In this document: positions 15,241-27,042 of the stretch, one piece after another
How the letters are laid out: the number at the start of each line of letters is the position of its first letter
Numbering within the stretch: position 1 is the first letter of the stretch
Origin: Octopus bimaculoides
Lineage: Eukaryota
Reading direction: 5' to 3'
Assembly: GCF_001194135.2 (NCBI RefSeq)
Contig: NC_068985.1
Span: 40,440,646-40,504,645, forward strand
DNA length: 64,000 bases
Translations under genes and position numbers: made by a program
The notes under the pieces: model-generated
Seen by the model: only the letters and a program-made list of their open reading frames with translations
What the model was told of the DNA's origin: nothing
Database searches by the model: none

Positions 15241-15317
15241 GCATTGAAATACACTGTTAAATTATATATTTGTAACATCATGTTTATGTTTATGCTAGAA
15301 ATCATTATTACCATTGC

Positions 15318-15391
15318 TATTATTTTTAGTTGCCCTTCTATCATCTTTATTATCAGCTTCACCACAATATCATCAGGAGAAGTGAGATATC
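15318..15391 (+). repeat. Inverted copy of 14584-14658 (about 66/75 identical)
   Basis: Manual alignment with perfect blocks of 12, 30 and 15 nt. Confidence 0.9.
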
Positions 15392-16934
15392 CACTTCAAG
15401 ATACACAATTAAAATGATTTGTTTACATATTTCTCAATGCTTCTACATTTATATTTATAAATGTAAGTAACGTTACATATATCAGATGAGAGTTTAATTT
15501 ATTGTATGATGCCAATATTTGTCATGTATTATTTTATTAACTCTGGAAGGATGAAAACAAAGTTGACCCAATTGGTGGTAATAATAAAAACAATGAATAT
15601 ATTAAGAACAGTAACCTAACAATACAATGGATACACTGTGAAGACAAACGTTAACAGACATTTTCAGCCAGCAACTTACACTTACCAAAAGGCGATTGTA
15701 TTATAGATGTCAAGATGAATCCTTAACACTTCACCTTACAATATGGAGTCAAAAAAGCTCTGTCCATCAATGAAAGCAGATCTTATTATGAGGCACAAGC
15801 AAGCTAGAAGAGCAAAAAAGGTGCTGAGATCTGCAGTAGAATATGATGAGCTGAGGCAGAGATAGAGAAGACAATGCTTTAGCAGAATTATTACACCTTT
15901 GGGACAAATGTTTCACAATATTCCTTCAAACTCTTTACATTCTGAGTTCAAATTCCACCAGGATAAAATTTGCTTTTCATCCCTCCAACCTTGATAAAAT
16001 AAAATAACAGTCAAGTGCATTGTTGAATGGTATCAACTAGCCTTTCTTCTTCAAAAAATGCTTGCCTTGTGTCTAAATTAACAAATATCATTTAGCATAT
16101 AGGAAGTTAAAAGTATTTACATTCAGTGTTCAAATACCATTGCGATCAACTGTGCCACCCATCCTTCAAGAATTAATAAAACAAGATAGGATCAATAGCA
16201 CTCCTCTCACTATCATCACCATCAAAATATCAATGGATTAAAATCTAATTTTATCAAAACCAATGTGATCAACGATTGTAGAATAAAAACAGTCATCTAC
16301 AATTAGTTCTTTAAAGTTAAAAATAATGAAAAGGTTTGTTGAGAATTAAACCAAGCTTCAAATTGCTTACTATATCAATTATGAATTCTGACCATCTATA
16401 AATTTCATACATAGATATTGTACAAATGAATAACTCGTCTTCTGTTCACTTAACTTACTTTTTAAACTTATAGGTCATTAGTTCATTTCAAGTGTTTTAG
16501 TCTCAAAGTTTTCAACTATTCACAATGGAGTTATATGCATTCATAAAACTATAAAATTGCAAAATTTCAGCAAAGTGACTAAAAGCATTGAAATCATATG
16601 TTACAAATATAATCTCAAGTGTTTACTCCTAACTAAAATGATATTAGCATGAAATTTAAGCATAAATATATCTAACAATGATCAGTTATTTACTGTTTGA
16701 AATATAGAACCTATATAAAAAATATCAACAGACTTTCTCATTAATGTTGGTATGGCAGTTGTGAGCAACAACTATATATCATAATCAGCAATAGGAATAT
16801 TTTTATTGGTAACACTTTTCTAATACTTTAGTAATAGGTCCAGATCCTTTTCAAAGTTATTTATTTGAATCTTGTTTATTCTTTTCTAGATTGGTAATTT
16901 GAAATTTAACACATCTTTACATATATATATATGC

Positions 16935-17217
16935 AAAGAATAAAAAGTTTAGAATGGTACAACAATGCAGTATAGAACAAAAAATGGACTATATACCTGT
17001 TGAAATTTGGTTATCTATAGTCCAATGATATTTCGGAATTACAATTCCTTCTTCAAATCTTCTTAGCTGGAATCTCTGCTATAAACAGCTAAGATCTGAA
17101 GAAGGAATTGTAATTCCGAAATATCATTGGACTATAGATAACCAAATTTCAACAGGTATATAGTCCATTTTTTGTTTTATAGTGCATTGTTGTACCATTC
17201 TAAACTTTTTATTCTTT
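16935..17217. repeat. 283-bp near-perfect palindrome (135/132-nt arms, 16-nt loop), probably an inverted Penelope-like terminal repeat
   Basis: Arms 16935-17069 and 17086-17217 differ by 3 substitutions and one 3-nt indel; loop gaatctctgctataaa. Confidence 0.95.
17091..17130 (+). ncRNA. Minimal type-I hammerhead ribozyme-like motif (core intact, weak stem I)
   Basis: CUGAAGA (17096-17102), extra A, GGAAUU-GU-AAUUCC, GAAA (17118-21), UAUC; palindromic AUAU stem III; predicted cleavage after C17125. Confidence 0.55.
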
Positions 17218-17289
17218 ACAAACAATACACAATGCTTCAAGTGAACTACAATACTCTCCTATATATATATGCAATACCTTGTCTGTTAC

Positions 17290-17631
17290 TGAAGCATGAA
17301 CAGTCAGGAATTTCCACTTTTTGCAAGGCAAAGGAGTGGCAGAAATCCATGGTGAGATGAAGGAAGTTTTGAAGGATGGCTCCCTATCTTACTCCAAAGT
17401 GAAAATCTGGGTGTCAAAGTTTCAGACTGGTCATTTCAAGGTCACAGATGAACCCTGATCAGGATTAACCAACTTCCACGACCACAGAAAACAAAGCCAA
17501 CGCTGTCTACATTATGATTCTCAAGGACCACTAGATTTCAGTTAAAGTCATAGCTCAGACTCTGGAGATTTCCTGCAAAAGAGTTGGCCACATCATCCAC
17601 AAACATTCTGGACATGAGAAAGCTTTCCACA

Positions 17632-17636
<5 letters not shown>
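17290..17636 (+). mobile_element. Mariner transposase N-terminal (HTH) fragment, degenerate
   Basis: Translates with frameshifts and stops as ...AEIHGEMKEVLKDGSLSYSKVKIWVSKFQTGHFKVTDEP-SG...AQTLEISCKRVGHIIH-ILDMRKLSTK, ending at the WVP position. Confidence 0.85.
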
Positions 17637-17692
<56 letters not shown>

Positions 17693-17726
17693 CGCGCGCG
17701 TGCGTGCGTGTGCGTGTGCATGTACA
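17634..17726. repeat. Alternating purine-pyrimidine tract (TG)n(CG)8(TGCG)n
   Basis: Direct read; (CG)8 at 17685-17700. Confidence 0.9.
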
Positions 17727-18015
17727 GTGATGGATTCGAGGGATTTGTTTATTTACAAGTTTGTGTCTTAATTTCACCTATAATGGTGATATTTAAAATA
17801 AAATTTTTCTTTTTTTTAAATGGAACTTACAAATTTGCCAATAAGCAAGTGAAGTCAAACACTTACAAAGTTTAATTCAGTTCAATTAAAAAGCATGGGT
17901 AAGCAATGCATTGTAAGCTGCACTATAATTTGCAAAAACATTTATTTGCATGCAGTGTATATATTGCCCCTCCAATGCCTTTTTTTTCATTATTATCATT
18001 ATTATTATTATTATT

Positions 18016-18230
18016 GGCAGCAAACTTGCAAGATCGTTAGCATGCTGGATGAAATGCTTAGCAGTATTTCACCCATCTCTACTTTCAGAGTTCAAATTCA
18101 GCCGAGGTTGACTTTGCCTTTCATCTGTTCAGGATCGATAAATTAAGTACCAATGAAACACTGTGGTCGATGTAATCGACTTATCCTCTCCCCCAAAATG
18201 GCTGCCCTTGTAGCAAAATTTGAAACCATT
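18016..18230 (+). mobile_element. tRNA-derived SINE (family C)
   Basis: ggcagcaaacttgcaagatcgttagcatgctgg...gttcaaattcagccgaggttgactttgcctttcatc...gataaattaagtacc. Confidence 0.8.
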
Positions 18231-19609
18231 ATTATTATTATTATTATCATTATTATTATTATTACATGAAAAAGGCTGTGAAATGGTTGTAATCTTAAGG
18301 ATGAAAAGCTGCTGAAAAAATATATTAACCTCTCATACCTCCTGATTTTTTATGGTTTATATATATATACATGCATGCAAGAGTGTGTATGTGAGAGAGG
18401 GGGAGATAGAGAGAGCATGTGTGTGCATATGTGTATGCATGTGTAAAAGAGAGAAAGGCAGACAAAAAAGCAGAGAAAGAAAGAGTGGAAAAATAGGAAG
18501 TTAGGAGGTGTACATTATATATGCAAAACACAACCACACTCTTTTTGGGTCCTCATTGCAAAACTTTTGGTTCCTGCTCATATTCATCATCAACAGTTGA
18601 TGATAAAAATAATATTTTTATCACCAGCAGATCATGGTGATGATAATATTATCATCAACGTCATTATCATTATACGACGATAATAATATTATCAACAATA
18701 CATCCAAAACTAGAAGTTTTTCCTAGCATGTGAGCATATATATCACACAGGCACAGAAATTTAGTTAGCTTATTTAGGAAATTATAATTATGGCATTTTT
18801 TTCTTTCTTTTTTTTTTTTTTTTTTTTTTTTTTTTCCTATAATCACACTTTTGTAATGTGGAACAGACATTTAAACATCATAGTTTCATAGTTTATCTAG
18901 TTTCTGCTATTCTGCAACACAAATATTAATAAAAATAACACAAGACTGGCAAAATCATTACACCGTTGGATAAAATACTTTCTAGTATTTACATTCTGAG
19001 TTGAAATTCACATACATAGTTGAAATCCAGCCAAGGTCAACTTTGCCTTCCATTTTCCAAGAGTCAATAAAATACAGTACCAGTCAGTGAACCAGCAATT
19101 TTTATGTTGCAAACCTGTAACAAATAATGCTATTGTTCGCTAATTGTAATATAAATAAATGTTGAGTTTGGTTTAATTATCTAGTACCTCCCCTAAAAAA
19201 AACTTATTGTAATTTGTGTCACTAATGCTAGAAATAACACCACCAACAATACTGGTGATAATTTCCAAAAAAACTATAAATTTGGAGGGGTGTATTTTTA
19301 TTTTGAAAAAAACTGAAAGGCAGAGTCAGCACTGGCAAGATTTGAACTCAAAATATTAAGAGACATAACTCAATACAGCAAGACATTTTGTCCAGTGCTC
19401 TACCAATTCTGCAACCAATTACTCTAGTAATAATAATTGGTAAAAAAAAAAATTAGTAGAAAAAGTAAAAAGATTATTAATAGATATATTTATAGATTTA
19501 TGGAGGTGGGGTGTAATTTTTTTTTATTGGACTGGTGTAAGAAATCCGTATACATGGCTAACATAGGCCCCTTAAAACCTATGAGATTATCATGGTTAAT
19601 GTTCCTCTT

Positions 19610-20460
19610 GAATAGTTAAAAGTTGACAATGGCAAGAAAAACATGTGCAAGGAGGAAATCCCAGAGGAGTAATGTTCTTGGTAAAGGACTGGACATAGTG
19701 CTTAGTATGGTGGCTTAGAATGAAGAGAAAAGTATTATGGAGTAACAGGAAGAGAGAAGAAATATGAGGAGTAACAAGAGGAAAGAAATATATGTAACAA
19801 GAAGAGAGACCAGTAAGCTGGAAGTGCCTGAGTGGAAGTAGCTTGAGAGCAGCCAGTTACAAGTTGTAAAGTCCACTGTAGTTGCAATACATGAAGTAGA
19901 AAGAGGAGACATGTTTGAGAACCAACCACTGAAGTACGTTGGTGAGCAACTTTATTCTAATCAGCTGGGTGACATTTCTCTGAGCGCCATCCAGAATATC
20001 TATATGTATAACATATAGTAGTTACTAAATTACATATTGGCTTTGTGATGCAATCTTTAATACAATGCAGTTATGTTGAATATGTATGTTTACCAGGAGA
20101 GAACTTGAGTGTTGCTGAACCCCTGAGGTTTCTAGTTGTACACTGTTCATACTTTAGGATGGGTAATAGTGGTTTCTTGATATGTACATTGATTATGACT
20201 TTGTACTATTTATGGTGACAAAATTGGAACAATCCTATTGGAGGGTGTTTTGGGGGTTTATGTTCATGTACTCAATGCAGCTTTGGTGTGAGGTATTTAG
20301 GTTGCATATGGAGAACACTTAGGTGCAGAAGGTTAGGGATGAATAAAGATTGGTATTATCTATGTAGGAGAAGCTACTACAACAGACAAAGAAGTTGTTT
20401 ATGCAGAGAAAAGAAAAACAGATGTAGTAGAAACATTGTATCTTAGAGTTGACATGTTAA
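19610..20460 (-). mobile_element. Degenerate LINE RT C-terminal region (CR1/L2/Jockey-like)
   Basis: Minus-strand fragments such as DILDGAQRNVTQLI and TKHYVQSF..RTLPLW resemble LINE ORF2 ends; many stops. Confidence 0.55.
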
Positions 20461-20537
20461 CATTTACTTAACTGCTGTTTTTCTAGTGAATAGCATCTCT
20501 GAGCAATAAGCTTTAATTCTTCTAGATATGCTTTATT

Positions 20538-20578
20538 TTTTGCTGAAGATATCACATAAGATTGAAACATGTCCAGAG
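20538..20578 (+). ncRNA. Minimal type-I hammerhead ribozyme-like motif (core intact, 10.1-11.1 pair lost)
   Basis: UUUUG / CUGAAGA / UAUC-ACAUAA-GAUU / GAAA / CAUG / UC / CAGAG; stem I UUUUG:CAGAG; palindromic ACAUGU stem III. Confidence 0.65.
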
Positions 20579-21460
20579 TTGTCTCCTATATCTGACAAAA
20601 TGACTACATTAATATTCGTCATTTCTTTTCCTCACCAATTATTTTTAATTATTCTTGGTGGTCACTACATTAAATAAACTTATTGTTTTCCATATGGCTG
20701 GTGTCTCTGAGTAATTAATACAGTGATTTATTCTTTTTTTAAACATGTATTGTTAAGTTGCTCAAAATTTAAATTTAATACTTATACCATTACAAGAAAG
20801 CAGACAGCAGCAAAATATCTCAACACACACACTAGTATCTTAAAAAAGGAAGACCACATTGGATAGTGACATGCCAGATAGACTATGTCTGAAAAAATAC
20901 AGGATGGTCACAGCTGGAACTCTCAGAGTTGACCTGGGATGAACAACAGAAAGATTTGCAAGTGTTGTTTTGCTGTTGTTATTGTTGCTTTCCATTAGTT
21001 TGAATTAAAAAGGTCAGTGCTTACAGCCTCTTTACATCCTCCCACGCACAACTTTTATTGTTCTGTTGGATTATTGCAGTTAATATTGGAAAATGAAAAC
21101 AAAAGCAGAGAAGAAAATTCCAGAAGAATGTAGTTCTAGAGGAGAAGTATTCAATATATACCAGGGATGAATGGGGTGGATGAGATAGTTAATGCTATAG
21201 GAATGATAATAGGAGAGATGGGGTAGATAATGAAACAGGAGGAGCAAGCATGGTGGGGGTGAATACTGCTTAACACTGGACTGACGACAACAATGTTGGT
21301 GATTGACTGTTTGCTTGCTTATCAAACAAACAATTTGTTTGGAGATGAAGGAGAGGTAAGTGAATAAGAGAGAGAGAGAAAGAAAGTATGCAAAAAAGAT
21401 AGTAGATGTATGAGAGAGAAATGGTGTATTTGTGAGAGAAAGTGTATGTGTGAGAGAAGA

Positions 21461-21648
21461 TGCATGTGAGAGAGAGTGCATGTGAGAGAGAGTGCACATG
21501 AGAGAGAGAGAGAGTGCACATGAGAGAGAGAGAGAGTGCACATGAGAGAGAGAGAGAGTGCACATGAGAGAGAGAGAGAGTGCACATGAGAGAGAGAGAG
21601 AGTGCACATGAGAGAGAGAGAGAGAGTGCACATGAGAGAGAGAGAGAG

Positions 21649-21703
<55 letters not shown>

Positions 21704-21730
21704 ATGTATGTATGTATGTATGTATGTATG
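21461..21730. repeat. Compound minisatellite (GA)n-GTGCACAT x7 followed by (GT)n and (ATGT)n
   Basis: Direct read; explains the three long minus-strand ORFs in the track. Confidence 0.9.
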
Positions 21731-22651
21731 TGAGAGAGTATGTGTGAGAAGATGAAGAGTGACTGAGAAAGAAAGTGTGTGCACATGTGAGAGAGAAAGT
21801 GTGACGGGGAAAAGGAAGCTTGCACATATATGTGTGCATGGATCTATGTATAACAAAAATAGAGACAGACTGAGGGATTGTGTGTGTGTGTAAGTGAGTG
21901 AGTGAGAGAGAGTATGTGTGTTCAAGTGAGTTAATATGTTAGAGAAAGAGAGAATGAAAGTGTGAGAAGATTAATCTGGAAGAGTGGACGTGTAAAACAG
22001 TGATTGAGTAACTAAGAAAGAAAATAGAAGGATGCTACACTCAAGATATGTCAAAAGTATTCCACTGAAGAGAATATTTTAACATTACATAGAATGAAAC
22101 ATTGAATTAGATATGGCATCAAGGTACAAAATTCATGCTCAGTAAGTTTAAATACATTTCAGACGTTCTGCGACAACTATGTACAGGATACTTTATTCTA
22201 CGTGCCTCAGTTCACCAAAGTGTCAGGAAGAAATAGCGGAACCTCTAAGAACGTAACTTGTATACAGATTGGTTTTCTATCGAGAGAACAATTAGATCCT
22301 TCTCTGCTAGACAATTAATGAAACTGAAGTGCCAGCAGATGGACTCTTAAGGTTACATGAAGGGATAAAGTTAGCAACTCTTCAGAACTGGAGTGTTTCC
22401 TGGCTTTGTGAAAGAAACTTCAAGATATTTCAATAAGATTTCTCAAGTAGAGGTTTTAAACTAATATATATATCAGATAATAATGAATCCATGTTTGAGC
22501 TTGTAGGATACTGCTGCACATTTGAGCCCTAATGAAGTATGAATGTTATTGCTGTATATTTCAGTCACCAAGAGAACAGTTTTAAGATTGGCCTACAAGA
22601 AATAAAGCCAAATTACCCCAACTGTCTTTAAAAAAAGAGGGTTCACTAGAT

Positions 22652-23030
22652 AAGCATTTCTCAACCCAACTGGAGTTCCTCAGAACTCTAGGGTTCCATG
22701 AGAAAGAATGAGATAAGCTAATGCTAATTTCATGATCGTAATATTCCTATACATGCACAACATATTATTGGTTATTGTAATATTGTAATATAGACATTAT
22801 CTTATCTAACCTATTATGTTATCAAAAAAATATAACAGCCATTGGGGATATATTGAGTGATGTTTGTAATTTATGGACACCCTATATATATGTGATATTT
22901 ACCATGTGAACTATGATGAAAAAGAGAAAGATATGGTATATAATTTTTTTTTTTTTTTTGTACAGGGTTTCTTGAGACATGTAATTTATTTTAATGGTTA
23001 CGCAAGGGTAAAAAGGTTGAGAAACACTGC
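22652..23030. mobile_element. hAT-like MITE remnant
   Basis: Degenerate TIRs gcatttctcaacc ... ggttgagaaacactg; a similar left end cagtggttctcaacc occurs at about 25918. Confidence 0.5.
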
Positions 23031-25387
23031 ACTAAATAATGTACTCTTTGATATACTATACCCCACAAAAAATGGCCATGGCTGGAATACCTTTGGTAAT
23101 AAACCATGGCTGGTTCAAACAACTGGTTATTTTTCTGTGCGTTGTCCTTTAGTACAATGATTGGTTGGACACTACTGATTCAGTCAACAGTAATTTGTTT
23201 GTTACATTACATTCTTCTCATATTGTCAGTGCAACATTGATGCTGACATTTTCTATTGCCTTCAAGAACAAATACCATCCCCTTGGAGATTAAGCACTTT
23301 TGCCCACTTCTCAATCATACATTAGAAGTAATCAAAGAATTTTAACAATCATCAACATTTAATAATCTTCATGAAACTGAATGGATCCCTAAAAGAAAGC
23401 TCTGACAAAAACTTTCTAGCAGAAAGATCCATCTGGTTAGAGTACAGTCTTTCTAATAAGGCAGCTGAATTCTTTGATAAATTTAAAATTTTAGAAATGG
23501 AAAATAAAAAGGGCTAAAAGCAAAGTGCCCCTATCACAAATACAAACTTTTAAGACTACAAATCCTAACATTATTTTCTTTTCTTTTCTTTCTTACATTC
23601 TTTTTCTTCTTCTGGTCTCAGTCACTGAAAAAAGACTATGCAGGAGAACATATTTCATCTATCTCTATTTTTTGTTAAAAAATGTTTTTAAAAAAATGTT
23701 TTTAAAAAAATCAAGGATTTATTAGACAGATACAGCTGGTGTAGAATAATTATATAATCATTCAATCTGCTAGAAATAGCAGCTAAATCTCCTTTGGAGA
23801 TGTATTGAATAATGTTGTCCTAGATAGGTAATATCTGGGGGGGGGGGGGCTAAGGATAACCATTGATGGAGTATCTTTGATCATAAGTCTTATTTGATCA
23901 GTAAGATAGATACATGAAAACTATACAGCTATATAGTTGATATCAACATGCAGATATATGAAAATTGCATTGCTATGCAGTGCACAAATCATTTTGAAAA
24001 TTCTCTATAAACACACAAACCTTAGAGATTTATTACCTTCAACCTTCTAAATATATAATTGCTCTCAGGCTCAAGACCTCAAATTTATAAACTGCCTCAA
24101 GGCCTCAAATTTATAAGAGAGAAGGAAATATTGAGACTATATGATGTTTATGTTGTTTACAAGAACATCAATGATGCAAGTAAACTAATATTTATAAAGG
24201 ATCCAGCCCATGTTAGCATGGACATTAAATGATAACGATGACAATAGTAAACAGGATGCTGTATGGATCATGTCTTTTTAAAAGACATTAATACAGTAAA
24301 GAAAAATTATGGCTTCAATTTGGACCTGAAATCACATGAATGCAGCTTGACAGTAGCTTATGTAAGTATTAGAATAAAGACTAAGACACAAAACTACGCA
24401 CATGGAGAGAAATATAGTCAAGAAAATCAACTTCACTACTTTTATGAATCTATAAGGATAAGAAGCTAAATCAACCCAGGTCAGTATCTAAATTCAGAAT
24501 GTAACAGAACATAATCACCAAGGCATTTCAACATCCTCTTTTCCATGCATGTCAATAAAAGAGGAATTTGAGGTCAGGAGGAATCTGTTGAGATAGAGTT
24601 TCTATGTCAAGATGCTGAAATATTTTCACTTGTCCAGACATGTTTATACAGATTGGAAATAAAATGACACTACTTGTATGATGGTGACACTCATTTACAA
24701 CTATCATGCAATGTCAAAATGGAGAAGTAAGAGCAAACACACATAGATACATACAAATATTCATACACACACACATATGACATGCTTCATTAAATTTTCA
24801 TATACCAAATCCATTCCCAAAGCTCAGGTTGGCCCAGAGCTATAGTAAAAGACACTATGTAGTTGGAAAGCAAACTTCTTAACCACACAGCCATGTCTGG
24901 GCCAAATGTAAAAATAATTTGCTTTGAGTAGACGATTTTAATAACATTATCTAAGGATTAGTCTAATGTAAAACAAGATTCTGTTACTAGCATGACATTC
25001 TATTTATGCTTTATAAATATTTAATATAGAAATCACAAAATCCTACAGCTAATGTATTTAATAAATACAAAAAGGGAACCAAGTACATTTCATTAAACAT
25101 AAATTATTCTAGAATGGACCATTGTGAGAAATACATTATCATATAGCTATCCAATGTTCCTGAGTAGAAATAACAGTCATATTATTCATAGTCTTTTTAT
25201 TCCTGCTTCTTATAAGCTCCCTACAATGAAATATGAACAACATAAGGGCTAGCCCATATCAGAAGATATATTACAAATCTTTGCTATTACCCTTGGGAAC
25301 TAAAATATTTTAACAAAAAGCTAAAACAAAAATACAAATCAACATCAAGGAAAGAGAGTAGTGTAAGCTATAAGGAACAGAAATTAC

Positions 25388-25460
25388 TATACTCCTGCTA
25401 TTATACTCAATTGCACCCGGCTGAGCCAGCAAAGGAGGAAAATATCTCAAGTCATTTGAA
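25388..25460 (-). CDS. Candidate internal exon (SNDLRYFPPLLAQPGAIEYNSRSI)
   Basis: Strong acceptor ggctgtcttctttgtag, GC-richer open frame; donor uncertain (gtaatt at 25387 or gtatag at 25392). Confidence 0.3.
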
Positions 25461-26112
25461 CTACAAAGAAGACAGCCAAATTCCCACCTCCTCAAAATAA
25501 ATCATTTGTGGTATTTAATGTCAACTAAACTTGTGGTATGTATAGTAATTCAGACAACATTCGCAGCACAGTTAAGTTACTACAAAACTAAAAGGAATGA
25601 TATAGTTTGATCCATAATGGATTTAAAGGATTGGGGTGGAAGTTTACTGTGTAACCTAATATATTTAGTAGACAGAATATGACTGACATACCATGGTTCT
25701 CTTTGTGTGAGAATTGTGCAGATGCAATATAGAAATATAAAAGAATACAAAAATATAAAGAATATATAAACTAGTCTCTAAAGGTATGAAAAGTTATGAA
25801 GAATAATACTTAGCTTCATGGTGTTAAGAGTGGAGAGAAAATTCTCATGGGTTGGATGCTACTTCATCAAAGTCTATCTAACTTTTCTCTATCTGGTATC
25901 TATTACCAAACAGTTAGATCAGTGGTTCTCAACCATTTTTTATCTATGTACCCCTTTGATAATTATTTTATTCCAGTGGACCCCCATAGCCATTTAATGT
26001 TTAAGAGCTAATTTTATAGATACTTCTTTCAAAATTCCTAATTTGTTTTTCACACATTAACTTGTGTAGTTTAAACTATGTAAAACATTAGGAAAGAAAC
26101 CTGCCTTGGAAT

Positions 26113-26560
26113 ACATACAATATCATTATGATCGTTGAAAGCCTACCTTCCATGCTGGCATGGGTTGGAAGATTTGACAGGAGTTGGCAATACAGAAGAC
26201 AGCACAGAGCTCCACTGTCTGTTTTGGCATGGTTTTGACAGCTGGATGCCCTTCCTAATGCCAACCACTTTACAGAGTGGACTGGGTACTCTTTACATAG
26301 CACTAGTACCAGTGAAATCTGTTTTGGCATGGTTTTCACAGTTGAATGCTTTTTATTTGGCACAAGCACCAGTGAGGTCACCAAGTAACTCGCAAAACAA
26401 AAGTTCCTTTGAGAGGATGTTGGTATTGGAGGAGGTGGCTTTGTGTCAAGTGATGAGAGGTTAGAGTATGACAGAGGGACAGAAAGAGTCTTGCTGTAGA
26501 GGAGGTACCTGGTTATCCCAGTCAGAGAGAGAAAGAGAGAGTGAGTAAGAACAAGAGAGA
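26113..26560 (-). mobile_element. SINE with RTE-like 3' tail (family D)
   Basis: ttccatgctggcatgggttgga...ggttttgacagctggatgcccttcctaatgccaacc; homologous to 37808-37995, 29330-29830 and 60415-60690. Confidence 0.75.
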
Positions 26561-26714
26561 GAGAGAGAGAGCAAGAGTGAGAGAGAGAGTGATGGTGGTG
26601 ATGGGCATACTTTCAAGGTACAAGTATCAGAATATAAATGGGGCAGTAGAGCATTGCCAAGAATACATGAGTAGAAAGTTCACATGAATGCAAAGAGTGG
26701 AGGGGGATGCATCC

Positions 26715-27042
26715 ATAGTCTGTTGAAAAATAGCTGGTGTGACTTTCAAACAAAATGGTAACCTGTTGTACAGTCCTTTATGTGTGTTCACTGCTGGATA
26801 CTTTGAGCATTCATTGTCTACTCTAATTTGTAGGTACGTGTCAAAGAGATCCAATTTAGAAAATATCTTTCCACCATTTAATTTCACAAAAATATTCTCC
26901 TGAGTAGGTAGCAGATAGTGGTCTGGTTTAAGACATTTGTTTAAACCAGTGGAAAAATCAGCACACATTCTGATTTTATTATTCATTTTTTTAATATATG
27001 CAGCCGGTGCTGCCCGTTTAGAATATTCCACTCTTTCGATAA
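26715..27042 (-). mobile_element. Ty3/Gypsy (K02A2.6-like) reverse transcriptase fragment
   Basis: IRMCADFSTGLN...IFSKLDLFDTYLQ...NTHKGLYNRLPF...PAIFQQTMD are typical Gypsy RT motifs. Confidence 0.92.

Noticed and set aside
20460-20545. Minus-strand frame KNKAYLEELKLIAQRCYSLEKQ
   Set aside because: Sits between a LINE relic and the hammerhead-bearing repeat; more simply explained as transposon debris.
21080-21925. Long minus-strand ORFs (281, 189 and 167 aa)
   Set aside because: Produced by (GA)/(GT)/GTGCACAT repeats lacking stops; low-complexity translation.
22160-22420. Open 90-nt CpG-containing plus segment (TFCDNYVQDTLFYVPQF...) and a downstream atgaagggata...cagaac motif
   Set aside because: Resembles a Penelope-like repeat end as I recall it; the hammerhead core is too degraded to call.
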